From the IMG/VR virus record IMGVR_UViG_3300042946_001372: a stretch of 62,289 bases of DNA; one strand, given 5' to 3'. This stretch comes from an uncultured virus (IMG/VR IMGVR_UViG_3300042946_001372) (taxonomy: Duplodnaviria; Heunggongvirae; Uroviricota; Caudoviricetes). The position numbers and the translations under genes were made by a program. Every line of letters starts with the position of its first letter. The first letter of the stretch is position 1. Shown here in pieces: positions 48,210 to 57,340 of the stretch. The notes below the pieces were generated by a model that worked only from the letters and a program-made list of their open reading frames with translations, had not been told where the DNA came from and searched no databases.

Positions 48210-50183
48210 TTATCTGAGACTTGGGCTTTTAATTGATGCTCCATTCTCATAACCACTGATTACTTTACCAACTAAGTCTCCCGTTCCCCAAGTTTCTAGA
48301 GAAGCACATTTAGCTATTTCAGCAGCACCTATATCATTTATTAAACCGTTTACGATACAATTATATCTCCCATTGGTTAGGGTTCTTAGTGTTGCGTACA
48401 TACCATCATCTAATGTCTGATAATTTTGGACCCCCGCAGAGTTAAAATCGGTTGAGTTTTCGAGTTTGTGAGTTGTATTGAATGGATTAAAATTACCTGC
48501 CTTACCCTCAGCTTGTCTCCAAGCCAATAAAAACTTCATATTTTCATTTGTTACAGGTGCACCTAGTTTGGTAAGTAAAGTTTGATAAAAATCTTGGTCA
48601 TTTTTTGACTCTAATCCGAAATCCCTATCATATTGAAGACCTCTCAAATCAGAATCAGTAAAACCTTTCTGTATCAACATAGCCAAAAGGTATTTGGAAT
48701 CTTCTACTCCAAAAATTCCTGTTTGTGGTAACCCAACACTTGATTGAAAATCTTTAACAGCTCCTTGGGTTTCAGGTCCGAATTTACCATCAACACCATA
48801 TCTTGGTAAAGAAAACCCAAAAAATTGTAAACCTGATTGTATCACTTCTACGGGTTGTTCATATGGTATCTTTTGTCCTGGAGTATATTCAAAATACAAA
48901 CCGTCCTTCACGTAGGACATAATCTTTTTCAAGAAAACAGAATCTGATAAAGTATTCCAAACCATCTGTTGGTCTTTATTAGATTGTTTTTTTTGTTTTG
49001 ATTTAGGGGTAACTTCAATTTCCCCTTTGGCACATTTTAGAGTACCATCGTCATTCAAAAATTCTCTTATATTGTGTCCATACTCAACTCCAATGTGCAG
49101 GTGGTCATAGGAACTTCCAGGAAAATCCATCACATATCCTAACAATTGTCCACATTTTACTTTGGAACCCTTTTGTACTTGAGCATTCTGTAGATGAGTA
49201 TAATATACATCGGGTAATGAATTATCACTCTTCACAGTGAATCCTATACCAAAAAGTTTTTTCCCTTGAGTTTTCCTTACCTTAGGTCCGTAGTCTTTGA
49301 AGGTTTTAACAGTTCCATCCGCAATTGCATAAACCGGTTCTCCGATAGGTGCTTTAATATCCCAAGCGTTACCACTAGCCCATCCACTTTGACCCGCATG
49401 AGCACCATCTGCGGGTATTTTAACACTTGCGGAACCAAATAATCTATCACTTTGTTCAGTGATTTTTGATTCGATTGAAAGTTTTTTATCTTTAGCCTTT
49501 GTTATTGCCTCAAAAAGTTTTCCAATCATTTCCGACCTTCTCAAAAATTTGAAAACTAAATTTTCATAGGAAAACTCTCCTTCTTTTTCTAATCCCGATT
49601 TACGATATTTTTTTATTTTTTCTTTGAGAGATTTCATCTTATCGATATCCTCGGTTTCTATTGTATCATCAATTTTTGAAATCCAAGATTTCACTTTCTT
49701 TTTTAAAAAATCAAAATCTATTTCCGCATTTTCCTTGACTGGTTTTTGAATCCATTCATCATTCATTATGGAATAAACAGCACTGCTGGAATGTTCATCA
49801 TCCGCACCTTGTGCATAAACCTCAACATCGTAACCATAAATGGTGATATCATATTTATTATTAAACTCTTTCTTTTTTAACTCGAAAATTTCTCTATACA
49901 ATTCCTCATCTTCACCATATTTTCCGAAATCAACAAGCAAGTGTAAATCGAAGTCCGAAAATTCTGACCAGTTGTAATTTGCTAAAGAACCCATCAAGAC
50001 AATATCTTCGATAAAGACATCGTCCCCTAAATCATCAGAAAATTCCTCAGCAATCTCAAGTAATTTTTTTCTTACTTCAGATTTTAGAGTTGCCTTATCA
50101 ATATCCTCGTAGTTATCCCAAACCTTGGGATTCAAATTTTCTTGCAAAGAAAAACTATCTAAAATTTTTTGAAACTTCTTCAT
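48210..50183 (-). CDS. Fusion: nucleotidyltransferase + M23 peptidase + peptidoglycan-binding + lysozyme-like domain
   Basis: GSLANYNWS..SDFDLH..DVEVY (Pol beta-like NTase); H..W....WDI.APIGEPVYAIADG..YTHL..HLHIG (M23); GVDGKFGPETQGAVKDFQ (PG-binding 1); LLAWRQAEG..NPFNTT..GVQNY. Confidence 0.75.
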   Translation of the reverse strand: MKKFQKILDSFSLQENLNPKVWDNYEDIDKATLKSEVRKKLLEIAEEFSDDLGDDVFIEDIVLMGSLANYNWSEFSDFDLHLLVDFGKYGEDEELYREIFELKKKEFNNKYDITIYGYDVEVYAQGADDEHSSSAVYSIMNDEWIQKPVKENAEIDFDFLKKKVKSWISKIDDTIETEDIDKMKSLKEKIKKYRKSGLEKEGEFSYENLVFKFLRRSEMIGKLFEAITKAKDKKLSIESKITEQSDRLFGSASVKIPADGAHAGQSGWASGNAWDIKAPIGEPVYAIADGTVKTFKDYGPKVRKTQGKKLFGIGFTVKSDNSLPDVYYTHLQNAQVQKGSKVKCGQLLGYVMDFPGSSYDHLHIGVEYGHNIREFLNDDGTLKCAKGEIEVTPKSKQKKQSNKDQQMVWNTLSDSVFLKKIMSYVKDGLYFEYTPGQKIPYEQPVEVIQSGLQFFGFSLPRYGVDGKFGPETQGAVKDFQSSVGLPQTGIFGVEDSKYLLAMLIQKGFTDSDLRGLQYDRDFGLESKNDQDFYQTLLTKLGAPVTNENMKFLLAWRQAEGKAGNFNPFNTTHKLENSTDFNSAGVQNYQTLDDGMYATLRTLTNGRYNCIVNGLINDIGAAEIAKCASLETWGTGDLVGKVISGYENGASIKSPSLR

Positions 50184-50204
50184 TCACAATAAATACCACG
50201 AAAA

Positions 50205-50447
50205 TTATAGTTTTTTGAATTTGTATTTTTTTGAAATATCAGTTGAAAAAAATTTTCCTTGTGACTCCGACATTCTGAATCTTGTATAAATTTGATGGGG
50301 TACGTCCTCATATTGGTATTTAGAACCATTGTTGAATTCAACAATCATCATTTTTGTTTCAACATCATATTCTGTCCTCTTGAGATTCGATGATTTAATT
50401 TCATTTATAATTTTTGAACCTTCTATAGTTTCTCTAATCACTGACAT
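50205..50447 (-). CDS. KTSC domain protein
   Basis: SSNL...YD.....VEFNNG..Y.Y.DVP..IY......S.GKFF. Confidence 0.85.
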   Translation of the reverse strand: MSVIRETIEGSKIINEIKSSNLKRTEYDVETKMMIVEFNNGSKYQYEDVPHQIYTRFRMSESQGKFFSTDISKKYKFKKL

Positions 50448-50485
50448 AATAAATTTATTTTAACTAAAGAATTATAATTATAAGT

Positions 50486-51037
50486 ATGAATGTAAATGAA
50501 TCTTTCAAATATTATGGACATTATGACATATCGAATATTCTGACGATATTAAATAGTGAAAAAGTAGATTGGAACGAATTTACCTTGAGACAAAAAGCGT
50601 GTACTGATATGGTCAATACACAAACAATTAAAATAGTTTATGACAATGATTTTTTTTCTACCAACTTTAATCCAGTGTTTACTAAAAACTATACCTTCTT
50701 CGAAGAGGATTTAAATAATATTTGTGAAATTATAAAAAAACAAACCGGCGGTTCAGGTTATTTACTCAGAGCTATTTTAGTCAAACTATACAAAAAAAGT
50801 ATTATACCAACCCACGTTGACAGTGCAAACAATACTTTTAAATTTTCTAAAAGGATACACATACCAATAATTACAAATGAAAAATGTATTTTCAATGTAG
50901 GTGAAGAATCCATCAATATGAAAGTCGGTGAAATTTGGGAAATGAATAATGATAAATTATCACATTCTGTGGTGAATGATGGTGATGAAGATAGAGTTCA
51001 TCTTATAATAGATTGGTGTGAAAAAACCCCCAACTAA
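50486..51037 (+). CDS. Aspartyl/asparaginyl beta-hydroxylase-family 2OG-Fe(II) oxygenase
   Basis: HVD...RIHIPIITN...HSVVN....RVHLIID. Confidence 0.85.
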   Translation: MNVNESFKYYGHYDISNILTILNSEKVDWNEFTLRQKACTDMVNTQTIKIVYDNDFFSTNFNPVFTKNYTFFEEDLNNICEIIKKQTGGSGYLLRAILVKLYKKSIIPTHVDSANNTFKFSKRIHIPIITNEKCIFNVGEESINMKVGEIWEMNNDKLSHSVVNDGDEDRVHLIIDWCEKTPN

Positions 51038-51052
51038 GTTGAGGGTTTTTTT
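51021..51052. terminator. Bidirectional terminator
   Basis: AAAAAACCCCCAACT/AGTTGAGGGTTTTTT hairpin between convergent genes. Confidence 0.7.
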
Positions 51053-51053
51053 A

Positions 51054-51449
51054 TCACAGGAGATTGATTCTCTTTTTTTCTTGTTTTTTGTAATTAGGTA
51101 CGAATACCGTTAGTAGACCATCTTCTATTGTTGCCTCAATCTCAGATGAATTATATTCCTTTCCAATTTTGAATTCTTTTGATACAGATTTTGTTTTTTC
51201 TTCACCATTCAATTTATAAATTCTTTTTCCTTGAATGATTAGAATTCCGTCTTCCATTTCTACTTTGAGATTTGATTTATTAAAACCAGGAACCTCAAAG
51301 AAAAGATATGCACCATCTTTTGTTTGATTTATTTCATAATTCTCCTCATCAGGATTTTTTGAAATTACTGAGGTTTTGAAATAAGGTTTGGACGTCCCAT
51401 TGAAAATGTCGTCGAAAATTCTGTTCAATTCGTTGTTAGATAAAATCAT
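51054..51449 (-). CDS. Small heat shock protein (Hsp20)
   Basis: EVPGFNK..LKVEMEDGIL.I.G, IEATIEDGLLTVFVP. Confidence 0.88.
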   Translation of the reverse strand: MILSNNELNRIFDDIFNGTSKPYFKTSVISKNPDEENYEINQTKDGAYLFFEVPGFNKSNLKVEMEDGILIIQGKRIYKLNGEEKTKSVSKEFKIGKEYNSSEIEATIEDGLLTVFVPNYKKQEKKRINLL

Positions 51450-51517
51450 AGTTTTTTTTGTTTTTGAGGTTTATTATTTATATAATTAGAGTCAAGTTGT
51501 GTGCCGAAACTAAATAA

Positions 51518-51532
51518 ATGACAGATTGTCAT
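51518..51532. promoter_or_regulatory. Palindrome ATGACA-N3-TGTCAT between divergent hsp20 and clpC
   Basis: Perfect inverted repeat; degenerate second copy at ~51549-51563. Confidence 0.45.
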
Positions 51533-51614
51533 GAAAAAAAAATTTATTATGACAATATTACAAATTATTTGTTTGTGTACATTTTTTGATACATCTTTGT
51601 AAAAATTATATACC

Positions 51615-53624
51615 ATGAATGAACTAATGGATGATGACGACATGAAAACAAGTAGGAAGCAAAAGACTTCCGACAGTTCTACTCCTGTTTTGGACAACTT
51701 CAGTAGAGATTTAAATAAACTTGCGTCCGAAGGTAAATTAGACCCTGTAATTGGTAGAGACCGAGAAATTTTGAGGATTGCACAAATCCTATCAAGACGC
51801 AAGAAAAACAATCCAATTATCTTAGGAGAACCGGGATGTGGTAAAACCGCAATTGTAGAGGGTTTAGCAATGAAAATTGTAAGCGGTGAATGTCCCAAAA
51901 ATCTTATTGATAAAAGAATTGTAAACTTAGACCTGACCTCTGTTGTGGCGGGAACAAAATATAGAGGACAATTTGAAGAGAGGATGAAAGTTATTATTGA
52001 AGAATTACAGACAAACCCAAACATTATAGTTTTTATTGACGAGGTGCACACTTTGGTTGGTTCGGGTAATTCTGCCGGTTCTATGGATGGTTCCAATATT
52101 TTCAAACCCGCTTTATCACGTGGTGAGATTCAAATTATTGGGGCCACAACTTTAGATGAGTTCAGAAAAAACATTGAAAAGGATGGTGCTCTTGAAAGAC
52201 GATTCCAAAAAATTATTGTTGAGGCTTCATCTGTTGCTGAAACTATAGAAATTCTGAAGAACATTCGTCCCAAATATGAATCTTATCACAAGGTCAGGTA
52301 CTCTGATGAGGTCATTGAGGTTTGTGTCAAACTTGCTGAACGTTATATTACAGACCGAGAATTTCCTGACAAAGCATTTGACATTTTAGATGAGGTTGGT
52401 GCACGTATGCAAACAGAAGTGAAAATTCCCGAGGTTATTGAGGAACTCAAAAAAAAGGCTGCGGAAATCAAACAACAAAAAATCGATGTTGTAAAAAAAC
52501 AGAATTACGAACAAGCGGCGCAATTACGAGATAGAGAAAAAAAGTTGTTGGATAAATTAGATTCGGAGAAAAAGAAATTTGATGAGGAAATGGAGAAACA
52601 AAAACAAGAAATCACGTTGAACATGGTTTATGATGTTGTTTCAAATATGACCAAAATTCCTGTAAACAAAATGAGTGTTGATGATACAAAATCTCTGATA
52701 AACTTGGATAAGGAGCTAACAGGTAAGGTTATTGGACAAGATTCGGCCGTAATCAAAGTGGTTAAATCAATTAAAAGAAACCGCTTGGGTATCAAAGACC
52801 CCAACAGGCCAATCGGTTCATTTATTTTTCTCGGTTCTACTGGCGTCGGTAAAACACACTTGGCAAAACAACTTGCGAAAGAGATGTTTGGTTCAGAAGA
52901 AGCTCTTATCAGAGTTGACATGAGTGAATACCAAGAAAAACACACTGTATCCAAATTAGTAGGTGCCCCTCCTGGTTATGTCGGATACGATGAAGGGGGA
53001 CAACTAACTGAAAAGGTTAAAAACAAACCTTACTCAGTTATCCTTTTCGACGAGGTAGAAAAAGCACATAAAGACGTTTTCACAATCTTGTTACAAATTC
53101 TTGATGAAGGACACGTGACAGATTCTCTCGGTAGAAAAATCAATTTTAAAAATACTTTGATTATTTTGACAACAAACTTAGGAGTCAAAAAATTACAAGA
53201 TTTCGGTACAGGGATTGGTTTCTCTAATTCCTATTCAAATGAGGAAGCCAGAAAACAGGTTCTCATGAAAGAAATGAAAAATTTCTTTTCTCCTGAGTTC
53301 TTGAATAGGATTGATGATACGATTGTTTTCAATTCTTTATCAAAAGACGATATTAAAAAAATCACGGAGATTGAATTGAAAAAACTTTCTAACAGGCTTT
53401 CTGAATTAAAATATACTGTCACATACGATGATAGTCTTATTGAATACCTTTCAAAAATAGGATATGACGAATTGTATGGAGCAAGACCCTTGAAAAGAGC
53501 AATTCAAGACAAAGTTGAAGATTTAATTTCTGAGGAAGTTCTCACAGGAAAATTCATCGAAGGGAAAACCTATCATTTGAAAGTTGAGAAAGAAGAAATA
53601 AAAATAACAAAAAAGGGACGATAA
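51615..53624 (+). CDS. clpC: ClpC-type Hsp100 AAA+ ATPase lacking the N-terminal domain
   Basis: Two AAA modules (GEPGCGKT, GSTGVGKT), UVR-like M-domain (QNYEQAAQLRD) and IGF ClpP-docking loop; starts directly at TPVLDNFSRDL. Confidence 0.9.
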   Translation: MNELMDDDDMKTSRKQKTSDSSTPVLDNFSRDLNKLASEGKLDPVIGRDREILRIAQILSRRKKNNPIILGEPGCGKTAIVEGLAMKIVSGECPKNLIDKRIVNLDLTSVVAGTKYRGQFEERMKVIIEELQTNPNIIVFIDEVHTLVGSGNSAGSMDGSNIFKPALSRGEIQIIGATTLDEFRKNIEKDGALERRFQKIIVEASSVAETIEILKNIRPKYESYHKVRYSDEVIEVCVKLAERYITDREFPDKAFDILDEVGARMQTEVKIPEVIEELKKKAAEIKQQKIDVVKKQNYEQAAQLRDREKKLLDKLDSEKKKFDEEMEKQKQEITLNMVYDVVSNMTKIPVNKMSVDDTKSLINLDKELTGKVIGQDSAVIKVVKSIKRNRLGIKDPNRPIGSFIFLGSTGVGKTHLAKQLAKEMFGSEEALIRVDMSEYQEKHTVSKLVGAPPGYVGYDEGGQLTEKVKNKPYSVILFDEVEKAHKDVFTILLQILDEGHVTDSLGRKINFKNTLIILTTNLGVKKLQDFGTGIGFSNSYSNEEARKQVLMKEMKNFFSPEFLNRIDDTIVFNSLSKDDIKKITEIELKKLSNRLSELKYTVTYDDSLIEYLSKIGYDELYGARPLKRAIQDKVEDLISEEVLTGKFIEGKTYHLKVEKEEIKITKKGR

Positions 53625-53636
53625 GTCCCTTTTTTT
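53609..53636 (+). terminator. Intrinsic terminator
   Basis: AAAAAAGGGAC-GATAA-GTCCCTTTTTTT. Confidence 0.8.
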
Positions 53637-53649
53637 GTATTTATATGAA

Positions 53650-54306
53650 ATGCGTGAATTGATAAGAAAAATTTTAAGAGAGTCTGACTCAGAAAACCCC
53701 ACTTCAAATCTTGACAAAGTTTTGGAAAATTTCAAATCTATTTTTCCAAAAAATTATTTAGACAGGATACCGATGATTAGAAGTTTTGTTAAAAATTTTA
53801 TAGAAAAATCAAATTACAATGTGAAGTTTTTAAATGCTTGTCCATCATATGCAGGAGTGAGAACAAGAGACCAAGTTATAATTTGTGCTCCAAGTCAAAT
53901 GGCTACCTTGGGGGATTTTCTTTATACTTTATTTCATGAAATAAGACACGAACAACAAATTTCAGAAATAAAAATGCCCAATCCTCTAACAGATTACGAT
54001 TTGGAAGATTTCGAGAAAATTTATCAACAATATTGGGAGATGGAGTTAGATGCGGACCAATATGCGAAAAATATGTTAGGAAGATTAGTTTTCAGTTTGA
54101 AAATGCCAATTGAAGAATCAAAAAAAATATTCAAATTGTCGGAATTTATACAACAATATCCTCAAGCATCAAAATTTGTGGGTTCAAGTTTACAAAGAAT
54201 TATTGACACCATAAAACATATGAAATCAAAGGGTATGGAATATTCAGATATACAAGACCACCCTATGGTGAAACCCTTTATAGAAAAATTAGAAAAATTT
54301 TTATAA
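53650..54306 (+). CDS. Putative zinc metallopeptidase (HExxH)
   Basis: LFHEIRH...ELDAD.YA zincin-like motif; ATG at 53650 follows TATTTAT. Confidence 0.55.
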   Translation: MRELIRKILRESDSENPTSNLDKVLENFKSIFPKNYLDRIPMIRSFVKNFIEKSNYNVKFLNACPSYAGVRTRDQVIICAPSQMATLGDFLYTLFHEIRHEQQISEIKMPNPLTDYDLEDFEKIYQQYWEMELDADQYAKNMLGRLVFSLKMPIEESKKIFKLSEFIQQYPQASKFVGSSLQRIIDTIKHMKSKGMEYSDIQDHPMVKPFIEKLEKFL

Positions 54307-55131
54307 ATAGAATTTTCCGTGGTCTTTCGCTTTTTTGAAGTGTAATTTATATCCCAATTTCTCAATCATAAGTTTTCCCATCTTTATTCCGTTGAAAACA
54401 TCTTCAACAACGACATATTCATCAGGTGAATGATAGTCGTAATATCCAATCGAAAAATTTATACAAGAAAAATCAAATTTACTTCTCAATGCATAAACAT
54501 CAGTATAGGGGTGAACCATATAATCTATGTAATCCTTATGCATGTTCTCTGTCAACACTTCATCACAACTTTTGAAAAATTCTGAGTTTCGGTCAAACAT
54601 AACTTGACCAGAACATGTTTCAGTAACCATCCAATTCTCGGGTGCGTCAAATTGAATTGCATATCCTACGTTGTCGAAAAATTTAATATCACAATTTCTT
54701 GACCCGTGACAGCCAGTTTCTTCTGACACGAAGAAAGCAGCTTTCAAATAGGGTAACTCTGATAATAATTTCAGACATGCAAAAACTCCGGCTTTATCAT
54801 CTCCACCGATACCTGTAGGAGAACCGTTTACGTCGTAAGCCTTTAAGGATAGTTTTAACTCTCCTTGAGCATTTGGTAACTGCTCTTCTCGAATTATCAA
54901 ATGTCTAATGGAGTGAACAGTATCAGTATGAGATACAACACAAGGATAATAAAAATCATTATCCACTTCGGAAATTTTTTTGGTCGCATAAATGTTACCA
55001 CGCTCATCAACATAATTTTCAATTTTATTTTCTTCTAGCCAATCGAGTATGAATCTTATCATAAATTCTTCTTGATAAGTTACAGTAGGAACTGATAATA
55101 CTTCTTTCAGGAATAATAAATCGTTTTGCAT
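54301..55131 (-). CDS. M20/M28-family zinc peptidase
   Basis: SHTDTVH, GGDDKAG, EETGCHGS, YH..DE. Confidence 0.8.
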   Translation of the reverse strand: MQNDLLFLKEVLSVPTVTYQEEFMIRFILDWLEENKIENYVDERGNIYATKKISEVDNDFYYPCVVSHTDTVHSIRHLIIREEQLPNAQGELKLSLKAYDVNGSPTGIGGDDKAGVFACLKLLSELPYLKAAFFVSEETGCHGSRNCDIKFFDNVGYAIQFDAPENWMVTETCSGQVMFDRNSEFFKSCDEVLTENMHKDYIDYMVHPYTDVYALRSKFDFSCINFSIGYYDYHSPDEYVVVEDVFNGIKMGKLMIEKLGYKLHFKKAKDHGKFYL

Positions 55132-55143
55132 TACACAAATGTA

Positions 55144-56187
55144 CTACAAATCGTGCAATTCTCCAATTTTAAATAATTCAGGTTGATATAATAAATTATA
55201 AAAATTCTGTTCTTTCATGGAAAATGTCTTTTCCTTCAAATCTTTTCTCAATTTAACAATAACTTCCTGTTTTGGATAATCGTAGGCTTGGATGGAGAAT
55301 TTAACTTTATTAGACCTATCCTTTGGCAAATCATACAGTACACCTTGTTTGAATTTACTTTCAATTCTTTCAACCATGGAAATAAAGTTTTTTGACTCCT
55401 CTTCATTTTCCATAATTTTTTCAATTATGGAATCTAATTCTTTTTCGACCTCCCTATTGAAGTATTCACTGTCAAAACCATCTGACGATTGATATTCCCA
55501 AGTACTATCACTCCACCCACCTTCAGGCGTATATTCTGATTTTAGATATTTTTTCAAAATTTTTTCGAATGACAGTGTCAATTGACCACTATAAACATAT
55601 TGTTCAAATACTTTACCTATTTCAAATTTTAAAAAACCGTTTTTATACTCCATACCAAGTTGCGAAAAATAATCATCCAAATCTCTTTGAATTACATTTT
55701 GTGCAGCATCTTTCATTTGATTATCCCTTTCTTGTGAATAATCATTTATCATCGCTCGAACATTTTTTGGGAAAAGTCTTTGCAAAGTGTGAGCGAAGAC
55801 ACTAAGAAAATCAATGTCTTGTGAAAAGGGTTGTTTCATAACAAATCTTGAAATAGTTTCAAATTTTTCCCAATTATCACCATCCAACTCATCCCATAAA
55901 CCATAACCTTCTTCAAAATCGGTTTCAGAGTTATCAGGACCGTATATGTAATAACCTGTATATGGATTTGAGATACTATTATAAAACCAAATATCATCAT
56001 CAGAAATATCAATCATTTTCAATAAATCTGATTCATTTTCAAACTCATATGTTACCAAACTTTTACTCAAATCATCATAATTCACATCCACTTTATAAAT
56101 TTGTGGTATGAGATTTTTCAAATCTGAAGAATCAATTTTACCTTGAATAAAATTTTTTAAAGCAACAAAAGAATCAAATTTTCCCAT
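55144..56187 (-). CDS. Hypothetical protein
   Basis: ATG at 56187 after TATTTAT; the longer track start overlaps the tmRNA. Confidence 0.65.
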   Translation of the reverse strand: MGKFDSFVALKNFIQGKIDSSDLKNLIPQIYKVDVNYDDLSKSLVTYEFENESDLLKMIDISDDDIWFYNSISNPYTGYYIYGPDNSETDFEEGYGLWDELDGDNWEKFETISRFVMKQPFSQDIDFLSVFAHTLQRLFPKNVRAMINDYSQERDNQMKDAAQNVIQRDLDDYFSQLGMEYKNGFLKFEIGKVFEQYVYSGQLTLSFEKILKKYLKSEYTPEGGWSDSTWEYQSSDGFDSEYFNREVEKELDSIIEKIMENEEESKNFISMVERIESKFKQGVLYDLPKDRSNKVKFSIQAYDYPKQEVIVKLRKDLKEKTFSMKEQNFYNLLYQPELFKIGELHDL

Positions 56188-56202
56188 ATTGATAAATACA
56201 GG

Positions 56203-56233
56203 TTTGGAATTAAAATATTTATTCTTATATTTG
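56203..56233 (+). promoter_or_regulatory. Bacteroidota-type promoter for tmRNA (TTTG-N19-TATATTTG)
   Basis: Exact -33/-7 consensus 20 nt upstream of the tmRNA 5' end. Confidence 0.65.
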
Positions 56234-56253
56234 TAAAAGTTATTTGAAATTAC

Positions 56254-56645
56254 GGGGAAGAAATGGCATCGATTGGCGTGTATAGGTATAGGTGGCACGT
56301 AGGAGCTAAATTACCTCCTTAAAAACTGATTTAAAACACAACTGGCAATACTTTTGCTAAAATGGCTGCTCTCGGTCTTATCGCTGAGGAAGCTGTTGTT
56401 AAAGCTTGATAGTTTTGACAACGTCGGGTCGGTTAGGACATATAACCTAGGAACAGAAGTCCATTATACGGGTCACAGGTCAGAGCTCGTTTAAAATAAT
56501 TCTGAGACCAAGTTGTTTGTAGGTAGGTTTCTCACATATATCAAACCTAATATTTCGGAACATTGAGAAACAATGTTGTAATAAACGTGTAGTCACTTAT
56601 AGTTATCGCGAACAAGACACGGGTTCGACTCCCGTCTTCTCCACC
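56254..56645 (+). ncRNA. ssrA: tmRNA
   Basis: 5' GGGGAAG pairs with 3' CTTCTCC (G3.U alanine identity), discriminator A then CC; T-arm ACGGG-TTCGACT-CCCGT; internal tag ORF 56344-56412; ~390 nt. Confidence 0.92.
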
Positions 56646-56680
56646 GCAGACTTTTTTGAGTTCTTGACATATTTATTAGT

Positions 56681-57337
56681 ATGTCGAACTCAAATAAGTC
56701 AAAAAAATATCATTTTATATACAAGACAACAAACCTCCTCAATAATAAATTTTACGTTGGAATGCATTCAACAACAAACCTGAACGATGGTTACATAGGG
56801 AGTGGAACTAATTTAAGATTTGCAATAAGAAAATACGGTCCGAATAATTTCAAATTCGAAATTCTCGAATGGTGTATCAATAGAGAAGAGTTGATAAAAA
56901 GAGAAAAGGAAATTATAAACGAGAATTTTCTAAATGACCCGAATTGTTATAATTTGAAACCTGGTGGTACTGGCGGGTTTAATAATCCAACTCACCAATA
57001 CAAGTGTTCTAAAGCCGCGGGTATAAAACATAGAGAAATGTTGAAATCCGACCCAAATTATAGAAAAAAAATTTCACTATCCCGTATTGCGTCAAATGAA
57101 AAAAATCATAAAAATGGAAAATTAAAATCAATACAAGACTCTTACTCCTGGCTCGGAAAAAAACATAACGAAGAAACAAAGAAAAAAATAGGTGAAAAAA
57201 ATTCAATAAGCCAAAAAGGGAATAAAAATTCACAATTTGGTACAAAATGGATTACAAATGGTTATGAAAATAAAAAAATCAAAAAAACAGAACCTCTACC
57301 CCTAAATTGGGTATATGGAATAACAAAATTAAAATAG
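56681..57337 (+). CDS. GIY-YIG (Seg-like) homing endonuclease with NUMOD3-like motif
   Basis: FIYKTTNLLNNKFYVGMH...Y.GSG...YG..NF; GKKHNEETKKKI. Confidence 0.85.
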   Translation: MSNSNKSKKYHFIYKTTNLLNNKFYVGMHSTTNLNDGYIGSGTNLRFAIRKYGPNNFKFEILEWCINREELIKREKEIINENFLNDPNCYNLKPGGTGGFNNPTHQYKCSKAAGIKHREMLKSDPNYRKKISLSRIASNEKNHKNGKLKSIQDSYSWLGKKHNEETKKKIGEKNSISQKGNKNSQFGTKWITNGYENKKIKKTEPLPLNWVYGITKLK

Positions 57338-57340
57338 TTT

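Noticed and set aside
51446..52105. 219-aa minus-strand ORF
   Set aside because: Antisense to the conserved clpC AAA domain; a typical shadow ORF
56188..56298. N-terminal extension of ORF 55144..56298
   Set aside because: Overlaps the tmRNA and its promoter; ATG at 56187 after TATTTAT is more plausible
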